Assembly (NCBI GenBank): GCA_964615185.1
Contig: CAZTOS010000004.1
Location: 1-59,369 of the forward strand
DNA: 59,369 bases
Source: an uncultured Thermococci archaeon
Lineage (GTDB): Archaea > Methanobacteriota_B > Thermococci > Thermococcales > Thermococcaceae
Reading direction: 5' to 3'
Part shown: piece by piece, positions 52,635 to 59,369 of the stretch
Layout: every line of letters begins with the position of its first letter
Numbering within the stretch: the stretch's first letter is position 1
Program-made: the position numbers and the translations under genes
The notes under the pieces: model-generated
Told to the model about the DNA's origin: nothing
Database searches by the model: none
The model's input: only the letters and a program-made list of their open reading frames with translations

Positions 52635-53066
52635 ATGACTGAGATCCCTATAATAGGCGAAGACATCTTAGGAAGGAAGATTAGGGATTACTCAAAGATC
52701 AAATGGTGGGGGATTGACAGAAAAGAAATTCCATGGTATCCCCAAATAGACTATGACAGGTGCATAGGCTGTGGTCTCTGTTTTATGACCTGCGGCGGAA
52801 GGATAGTCTATGACTGGGACTTCGAGAAGATGCGCCCTGTAGTTGCCAGACCCTACAACTGCATGGTCGGTTGCGATACATGTGCAAAGATGTGTCCAAG
52901 AGATGCAATAATCTTCCCCCATATAGGGGTTTTGAGAAAATACAGAGATGAGGCGTTGGCAGTTACGAAATCGAGAAAAAAGCTTGAGGAGCTGAGAAAG
53001 AAGCTCGAAAAGGAGGGCAAAGTTAAGTCGACTGGCAGGCATATATTCTCCAACAACAAAGGGTAG
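52635..53066 (+). CDS. 2x[4Fe-4S] dicluster ferredoxin-like protein
   Basis: CIGCGLCFMTC and CMVGCDTCAKMCP. Confidence 0.9.
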   Translation: MTEIPIIGEDILGRKIRDYSKIKWWGIDRKEIPWYPQIDYDRCIGCGLCFMTCGGRIVYDWDFEKMRPVVARPYNCMVGCDTCAKMCPRDAIIFPHIGVLRKYRDEALAVTKSRKKLEELRKKLEKEGKVKSTGRHIFSNNKG

Positions 53067-53241
53067 CAGTTTACTAATTTCATCTAAGCTTCCCAACTCT
53101 ATAGGAGCATGCATGCCTAAAATGCATACAAGAAGTTCATGCTCTTTAACTTTTCTCATTTGCTTTTTGAACTTTTCAATCCACGCTTGCAAACTGCATA
53201 GTTTATAAACCTTAACCACACTAATTCTTTGGGGTGTGAAG

Positions 53242-53658
53242 ATGCACGAATGGGCTTTAGCAGATGGGATTGTGAGAACTGCCATTGACTTCGCCAGACA
53301 GCACGGAAAAGATAAGATTCTTGGCATTAGGGTTGTCCTTGGCGAATTACAAGACGTCAATGAGGAAATTCTCAAGTTTGCCATAGATGAGCTTAAGAAG
53401 GGAACAATAGCCGAGGATGCAGAGATTGAATTTGTGATTGAGGAAGCAGAATTTAAGTGCAGAGATTGTGGTCATGTATGGAAGCTCAAGGAGGTCAAGC
53501 ACAAGTTCGATGAGCGCATAAAAGAGGACATTCACTTCATTCCCGAGGTTGTCCACGTCTTTCTCTCATGCCCAAAATGTGGAAGCAGAGACTTTGAAGT
53601 TGTGAAGGGTAGGGGAGTTTATGTTGCCGCAATAAAGGTTGAGGGTGAAGAACAATGA
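53242..53658 (+). CDS. hypA: Hydrogenase nickel chaperone HypA
   Basis: MHEWALA, CRDC, CPKC. Confidence 0.95.
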   Translation: MHEWALADGIVRTAIDFARQHGKDKILGIRVVLGELQDVNEEILKFAIDELKKGTIAEDAEIEFVIEEAEFKCRDCGHVWKLKEVKHKFDERIKEDIHFIPEVVHVFLSCPKCGSRDFEVVKGRGVYVAAIKVEGEEQ

Positions 53659-54386
53659 TTGATCCAAGAATAAAGGCCATTGAAGCACGCTTGGAAAAAG
53701 TTAAAAGAGTAATCCCAGTCGTGAGCGGTAAAGGAGGAGTTGGGAAGTCGCTGGTTTCAACAACTCTCGCTCTGGCTTTGGCTGAAAAAGGTTATAAAGT
53801 TGGCCTGTTGGACTTAGATTTTCATGGAGCAAGTGACCATGTGATTTTAGGATTTGAGCCAAAAGAGTTCCCAGAAGAAGATAGGGGAATAGTTCCCCCA
53901 GAGGTTCATGGGATAAAGTTCATGAGCATCGTTTTTTACTCAGAGGATAAACCAACACCCTTGAGAGGGCATGAAATTAGCGATGCTTTAATAGAACTTT
54001 TGGCAATCACAAGATGGGAGGATTTGGATTTCCTAATCATAGACATGCCTCCCGGAATGGGCGACCAGTTCTTAGATGTCCTGAGATTCCTAAAGAGAGG
54101 AGAATTTCTGGTTGTTGCTACACCCTCGAAGCTTGCTGTAAATGTTGTTAAAAAACTGCTTGAACTCCTTAAGGAGCAGAATCTCAAGATAATCGGTATC
54201 GTTGAAAACATGAAATTAAACGATGAAAAAGACATCCAAAAGCTCGCTGAAGAGTTTGGAGTTCCATATTTAATTGGCATTCCGCTTTACAGAGACTTAG
54301 ACGCAAAAATTGGCAACGTTGAAGGGCTTTTAAAGAGTGAGTTTGCAGAGAAGATAAGAGAATTAGTGTCTCTCCGATATTTTTAA
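53655..54386 (+). CDS. Mrp/NBP35-family ATPase (Thermococcales HypB-type partner of HypA)
   Basis: SGKGGVGKS, IIDMPPG, GIVENM; coupled to hypA. Confidence 0.9.
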   Translation: MIDPRIKAIEARLEKVKRVIPVVSGKGGVGKSLVSTTLALALAEKGYKVGLLDLDFHGASDHVILGFEPKEFPEEDRGIVPPEVHGIKFMSIVFYSEDKPTPLRGHEISDALIELLAITRWEDLDFLIIDMPPGMGDQFLDVLRFLKRGEFLVVATPSKLAVNVVKKLLELLKEQNLKIIGIVENMKLNDEKDIQKLAEEFGVPYLIGIPLYRDLDAKIGNVEGLLKSEFAEKIRELVSLRYF

Positions 54387-54422
54387 TAGTTTCAAACACT
54401 AACACTCAACAAGTGAGAAACC

Positions 54423-54737
54423 ATGGAGGATCTCATTAAAAAAGCCATAATACAAGTTTGCAAGAGGTACAATATCAAGCCAATCAAAATAATTCTCTTT
54501 GGATCGCAAGCCCGAGGAGACTCCAAATCGTGGTCTGATTGGGACTTGCTAATTGTTACAGAGAAAGAAATTGGGTATCAAACACGCTTAAAGATTTCCG
54601 GGGAGATAAGGAGAATTCTGGCAAAGCATGGAATAGCAACTGATCTGCTTTTTATCTCCGCTTCACAATTAAGAGAGCTAAAAAACGACAAGGGATATAT
54701 CTATTATTATGCCCTTAAGGAGGGAAAAGTTCTATGA
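54423..54737 (+). CDS. Minimal nucleotidyltransferase (MNT)
   Basis: LFGSQARGD...SDWDLLIV. Confidence 0.9.
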   Translation: MEDLIKKAIIQVCKRYNIKPIKIILFGSQARGDSKSWSDWDLLIVTEKEIGYQTRLKISGEIRRILAKHGIATDLLFISASQLRELKNDKGYIYYYALKEGKVL

Positions 54738-55105
54738 CCAGCTACTTGCGGTGGATACAAAAAGCCAAAGATGATATAACGTTAGCTAAGCTTGCCTTCG
54801 AAAATAAGATATATGACTATGCGGCTTTCCATGCCCAACAGGCGGTGGAAAAACTACTAAAAGCTTTTCTCATATATACTGGAAAGCCAATTAGAAAAAC
54901 CCACGACATTGCGGTTCTAATAGAAGAGTGCAAGGAAATTGACAAGAGTTTCGAGGAACTCTACGAAATTGGAGCACACTATCTTACTGATTTTGCTGTA
55001 GAGGTTAGATATCCTTCATATTTCTCTGTACCAAAAGACAATGCAAAAGATGCCATAAAAATAGCTGAGAATGTCTTAGAATTCATTCTCCAAAAGATTA
55101 AATAA
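54734..55105 (+). CDS. HEPN domain protein
   Basis: FHAQQAVEKLLKA, KTHDI, VRYP. Confidence 0.9.
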   Translation: MTSYLRWIQKAKDDITLAKLAFENKIYDYAAFHAQQAVEKLLKAFLIYTGKPIRKTHDIAVLIEECKEIDKSFEELYEIGAHYLTDFAVEVRYPSYFSVPKDNAKDAIKIAENVLEFILQKIK

Positions 55106-55115
55106 GGTGTTCAAA

Positions 55116-55583
55116 ATGCTTAAGGATTTTCTCCAAGGAGCTGAAAAGGTTGTAATCTGTGGCATTGGGAATGACGTTAGGGGAGATGACGCTTTCGGAG
55201 TCATAGTGGCAGAAGAGCTTAAAAACAGACTGAAAAGTGACAAAATTGTCATTCTCAACTGTGGGGGAGTCCCAGAGAGTTATGTTGGCAAAATAGTCAA
55301 CGAGAACCCTACACACGTTATATTTATAGATGCCGTTGACTTTGGAGGTAAACCTGGCGAAATCGTAATTGCAGACCCTGAGGGAACGCTGGGAGAAAGT
55401 TTTTCAACCCACAGGCTTCCTCTTAAGCTCTTAGTTAGCTATTTAAAGCAGAATATAAACGCAAAGTTTATCTTAATTGGATGCCAGCCAAAGCAGCTGG
55501 GTCTTTTTATAGAGATGAGTGAAGAGGTAAAGCAAAGTGCAGAAAAATTAGTTGAAATCTTAGTTCAGGAGTTGGAGTTCTAA
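55116..55583 (+). CDS. hycI: Hydrogenase maturation endopeptidase
   Basis: GIGNDVRGDDAFG, FIDAVD, STHRLPL. Confidence 0.9.
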   Translation: MLKDFLQGAEKVVICGIGNDVRGDDAFGVIVAEELKNRLKSDKIVILNCGGVPESYVGKIVNENPTHVIFIDAVDFGGKPGEIVIADPEGTLGESFSTHRLPLKLLVSYLKQNINAKFILIGCQPKQLGLFIEMSEEVKQSAEKLVEILVQELEF

Positions 55584-55674
55584 CTTCTTTTCTCCAAAAT
55601 TTTATCCAAAAAACTTTAAAATAGGCCTATTCAACTTTCTTTACGAGCTTTTTAAGAGCTTAAAAACTTGGGAG

Positions 55675-56733
55675 GTGCTTAAGGTGAGAGAGATTACAGC
55701 TAAAGTAAAGGAGAAAACAAGGATTCCCGTTTATGAAAGAACGATAAAGAACGTTGTGAGTGCAGTTCAAGCGAGCAGCGACATATGGAGGATTGTGGAT
55801 TTAAGTGAGGAGCCTCTACCTTTAGTTGTGGCAGTTCTTGAAACGCTGAACGAGCTTGGCTATGTAGAGTTCAAGGATGGTGTATTTTTGACAGAAAAGG
55901 GCAAGAGATTTGCCGAGGAGTATGGAATTGGTAAAAGGGAAGACTACACATGTCCTCACTGTGAAGGAAAAACCGTTGATATTAATGCCTTTAACGAGCT
56001 CCTTGAGCAGTTTAAGGAGATGGTCAAGGACAGACCACAACCAAAGCACGAATTTGACCAAGCCTACGTAACCCCTGAAACTACGGTGGCGAGAATAATC
56101 CTCATGCACACGAGAGGAGATTTGGAGAACAAGGAAGTCTTCGTTCTCGGCGATGATGACTTAACGAGCATTGCTTTAATGCTTTCAGGCTTGCCAAAGA
56201 GAATAGCTGTTTTGGATATTGATGGGAGGCTTATTAAGTTCATTGAAAAAACCGCGGATGAACTTGGCTACAGCAACATTGAGATTTTCACATTCGACTT
56301 AAGGAAGCCTCTCCCAGATTATGCACTTAGAAAGTTTGACACCTTCATAACAGACCCACCAGAAACGGTAAATGCCATAAGGGCTTTCGTTGGTAGAGGA
56401 ATTGCCACACTCAAAGGTCCAGGCTGTGCCGGCTACTTTGGAATAACGAGAAGGGAAAGCTCATTGAACAAGTGGAGAGAGATTCAGAAGCTCCTCTTAA
56501 ATGAGTTCAACGTTGTCATAACTGACATAATCAGAAACTTCAATGAATACGTAAACTGGGGTTATGAAGAGGAGACGAGGGCTTGGAGATTGCTTCCAAT
56601 GAAAGTTAAGCCAAGGTACAACTGGTATAAGAGCTACATGTTCAGAATTCAGACTCTTAAAGGCTCAAAGGGCTATGAAGAGGAAATAAAGGATGAGGAC
56701 ATTTACAACGATGAGGAAGCCTCAACTACTTGA
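55675..56733 (+). CDS. bpsA: Branched-chain polyamine synthase (DUF43)
   Basis: FDQAYVT, VLGDDDLTS, FITDPPET, NWGY. Confidence 0.9.
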   Translation: MLKVREITAKVKEKTRIPVYERTIKNVVSAVQASSDIWRIVDLSEEPLPLVVAVLETLNELGYVEFKDGVFLTEKGKRFAEEYGIGKREDYTCPHCEGKTVDINAFNELLEQFKEMVKDRPQPKHEFDQAYVTPETTVARIILMHTRGDLENKEVFVLGDDDLTSIALMLSGLPKRIAVLDIDGRLIKFIEKTADELGYSNIEIFTFDLRKPLPDYALRKFDTFITDPPETVNAIRAFVGRGIATLKGPGCAGYFGITRRESSLNKWREIQKLLLNEFNVVITDIIRNFNEYVNWGYEEETRAWRLLPMKVKPRYNWYKSYMFRIQTLKGSKGYEEEIKDEDIYNDEEASTT

Positions 56734-56889
56734 ACTTTTTAATCCTGTTCTCCTCCACTTTTTATCCTTTCTCTGTAGTCTTTTAAGATGTGGTTTCCTT
56801 TTAAACTTCAGTACAGGTTTTAAACATCTTGCTTAAAGCTTTCAAAACCAGGAAGCTTCATAAAAATTAAAAAACAAAATTAAAAACTA

Positions 56890-58224
56890 TTAGGAGACTT
56901 CAATGTAAAATCCTACGGGAACTGGTGTTCTCTTGTAGGAGGTTCCATACCATGTTTTCACTGGAAGCTTCATCTCATAAGCACTCTTCATTCCTCTAAA
57001 GTGAAGATAATCTCCATTGGTACTTTGTAAATGCCCCAAAACAGCATAATTAACGTAATCTTCCAAACTGAAGCCTGTTACCAATACATCAAGCCAAGCA
57101 GGTGCTGTTTCTGGACCGAGGAAAGCTATTAATGCTCCAAGAGGGACTCCAATGTTAAAGCTTTCTCCACTTGTTCCCACGTAAATTTCACTGTAAAAAT
57201 CTTCAATGTCTGCCTTGTTATTATAAACTGCTCCTGTTGGCTCAATCCAGCGACTTGGAATGCTGTAAGGTGGTTTTCCACGAGTTTCACCAGTTTTAAT
57301 ATGGTATATCCCGTTATAATAGCTGGTGTCAAAACTGTCTATTTTCACGAAGTATCTCTCGTTTCCGGTTGGTTCACAGTAGAGGGAGCAGTAGTACTCC
57401 TTCTGGTAGATATAGTGAACGTTTCCTTTAATCCAAATATACTTTGAGGAGTGAGGACCTACATCAATTGTATATGATGCTTTATACTTTTTTGTAACCG
57501 ACCTTCCGAGGGCTTTTACCGTTATCGAGCTTGGATCAAAGCTAACCTTTTCCGAGATATGATCTCCAAAGGCCACAGTAACCATCGGACCCAAATAATA
57601 ACTCCCCCTATAAGCCATTTCAATATTAGCGTAAACACTGCTCGATGCTTTGTTGTCCACTATTAGAACGGGTATTTTCTGAGAGTAGTATGATTTATCC
57701 TCCACAGTTTCCCATACATAATAAACGTCATGAGCCATCGGCTGAACTTTTGAGTTTTTAGGAGTTAAAGCCTTTAAATCCTTGACTCTTGCTTCTTTAA
57801 GATTGAATTTCAGCATGATGTTTTTTGCAAACGTGTTTTTGCCTACTTTAACTTCAAAGCTTTCTGGTGGAAAGGTGTAAAGCTTCCCATTCTTAACAAC
57901 CCACACGTCAATTCCAATGAAAGCCGTGTGAGAACCCTTCTCATCTGCAATGCTCCTTGGAGTATCTAGATTAAGCTTTACCACGTTGTCTGGGAAAATC
58001 AGGCTCTTAAATGCGTTTTTGGTCAGCATTCCTTTCTGAAGAACTTTGATGCTCCCATTCTTGTCAAAAGTCCAAATTGAGTAATAGACTTTTCCGTAGT
58101 CTGTCAGGGGTTTCCCCTTCTCATCCAGCAGATAAACCTTTGCCCCGCCAATTGGAGCTGCTTGGATGTATCCTACGGCTCCAACAAACAGCAATCCAAC
58201 CAGTAAAGCTAAAAACTTCCTCAT
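56890..58224 (-). CDS. Exported hypothetical protein
   Basis: Signal peptide MRKFLALLVGLLFVGAVGYIQA after GGAGGTG; Tyr/Ser/Thr-rich beta-like body. Confidence 0.8.
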   Translation of the reverse strand: MRKFLALLVGLLFVGAVGYIQAAPIGGAKVYLLDEKGKPLTDYGKVYYSIWTFDKNGSIKVLQKGMLTKNAFKSLIFPDNVVKLNLDTPRSIADEKGSHTAFIGIDVWVVKNGKLYTFPPESFEVKVGKNTFAKNIMLKFNLKEARVKDLKALTPKNSKVQPMAHDVYYVWETVEDKSYYSQKIPVLIVDNKASSSVYANIEMAYRGSYYLGPMVTVAFGDHISEKVSFDPSSITVKALGRSVTKKYKASYTIDVGPHSSKYIWIKGNVHYIYQKEYYCSLYCEPTGNERYFVKIDSFDTSYYNGIYHIKTGETRGKPPYSIPSRWIEPTGAVYNNKADIEDFYSEIYVGTSGESFNIGVPLGALIAFLGPETAPAWLDVLVTGFSLEDYVNYAVLGHLQSTNGDYLHFRGMKSAYEMKLPVKTWYGTSYKRTPVPVGFYIEVS

Positions 58225-58513
58225 ACTTGCACCTCCTATCCAATATTGCAATAATACTTTTGACTTCAAGACTTATAAATTTTTCCTTTTACGAGTTGTA
58301 ATCCATTACGCTTTTTTTTCGTGAATTCTTACTTTCCAACTGCATTTTCAAGAACCCTATTAGTCAAAAGAAAGTCGAGTAAAAGACTGAACAAAAATGG
58401 GCATTCTCCCTAAACCCACTACCACTACTTTTGGTCAACTGATAACAGAAATATTAAACTATCCTTAGGCAATTGCCGAAACATTTATAATCACAGAAAG
58501 AGAAAAATATACC

Positions 58514-59245
58514 ATGCTTGAGAAGGAAAAGGAAGCTTTGGCTAAGAGAATTGCAGGGGAGATTACGCTTTCTTCAGACCCCGGAAAAACCATGCGCAAG
58601 TGGAGAGAGATTTTCGGAATTAGCCAGACAGAGTTAGCTGAGTATTTGGGGGTTTCTTCTTCGGTTATTAGCGATTATGAGGGCGGTAGAAGAAAAAGTC
58701 CCGGTGCTTCGACAATAAGAAAGTTCGTCGAGGCTCTGCTTGAAATTGATGAGAGAAGAGGAGGAAACGTAATTAAAGCTTTCAGCAAAACGCTTGGAAG
58801 TGAGTTCCCAACCAGTGCCATTCTCGACATTAGGGAATTTGCCCTCCCCGTGACTGTAAAAAAGATAGTTGATGCAGTTAAGGGAGAAGTTGCTGCCAAC
58901 ATTGACTTGCTTGATAGGAGGATTTATGGATACACCGTTGTTGACAGCATTCAAGCAATCCTCGAAATGAGCAGTGAGGAATTCCTTAAGCTCTATGGAT
59001 GGACAACAGAGAGAGCCTTAGTTTTCACAAAGGTGACAACCGGAAGGAGTCCCATGATTGCTATCAGAGTCCAAGGACTAAAGCCAGCCGTTGTAGTGCT
59101 GCATGGAGTTAAGAGACTTGATGAGCTGGCAGTTAAAATAGCTGAGAAGGAGAGGGTTCCATTAGTAGTCTCAAAAGTTGAAACCGAAAGTGAGCTTATA
59201 ATGAATCTCAGAAAGCTTGTAGAAAAGAGAGAAAAAGAACTCTGA
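58514..59245 (+). CDS. XRE-family HTH transcriptional regulator (conserved archaeal)
   Basis: MRKWREIFGISQTELAEYLGVSSSVISDYE, GRSPMIAIRV. Confidence 0.9.
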   Translation: MLEKEKEALAKRIAGEITLSSDPGKTMRKWREIFGISQTELAEYLGVSSSVISDYEGGRRKSPGASTIRKFVEALLEIDERRGGNVIKAFSKTLGSEFPTSAILDIREFALPVTVKKIVDAVKGEVAANIDLLDRRIYGYTVVDSIQAILEMSSEEFLKLYGWTTERALVFTKVTTGRSPMIAIRVQGLKPAVVVLHGVKRLDELAVKIAEKERVPLVVSKVETESELIMNLRKLVEKREKEL

Positions 59246-59254
59246 ATCAGAAAG

Positions 59255-59369
59255 CTGACCTCCTCCCCGCTGTGAACGGCGAGGCTTCCAACGAGTCAAC
59301 TCCTCACCAATGGCGGGGAGGTTTGCGGGCCCATCACCATGAGGTTCAACCCGCAGGCTCGGTCTAAGG
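59255..59369 (-). mobile_element. Right end of an IS200/IS605-like element (copy 3, truncated by the window)
   Basis: Reverse complement ...GCCCGCAAACCTCCCCGCCATTGGTGAGGAGTTGACTCGTTGGAAGCCTCGCCGTTCACAGCGGGGAGGAGGTCAG. Confidence 0.8.

Overview
Archaeal chromosomal segment from the Thermococcales, probably a low-GC Thermococcus. This is inferred from gene content (AOR, Mrp, bpsA), Phr and SurR boxes and GGTGA/GGAGG ribosome-binding sites. It is mostly housekeeping: tRNA-Phe, hsp20-cdc48, mobB, an oligopeptide ABC transporter, tRNA-Arg, tungsten AOR with its radical SAM maturase, three tandem ferredoxins, a lipid/glycosyl cluster, polyamine genes, a stand-alone Mrp antiporter and hydrogenase maturation genes. 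HEPN/MNT pairs, archaeal ATPases and gene relics are scattered among these. The most unusual content is non-coding. Two complete ~381-bp copies (5628-6009 +, 35557-35937 -) and one window-truncated copy (59255-59369 -) of an IS200/IS605-like element are present. The two complete copies lack an ORF and each carries its own BRE/TATA promoter, a covarying multi-hairpin 5' RNA domain I cannot assign, and a TnpB omega-RNA-like 3' scaffold. A separate 254-bp IS607-like omega-RNA mini-element cleanly interrupts a ferredoxin gene. Several single-base frameshifts (AOR, a RecA/KaiC-like gene, a small ORF) look like sequencing deletions. All calls come from reading the sequence by eye, with no database searches.
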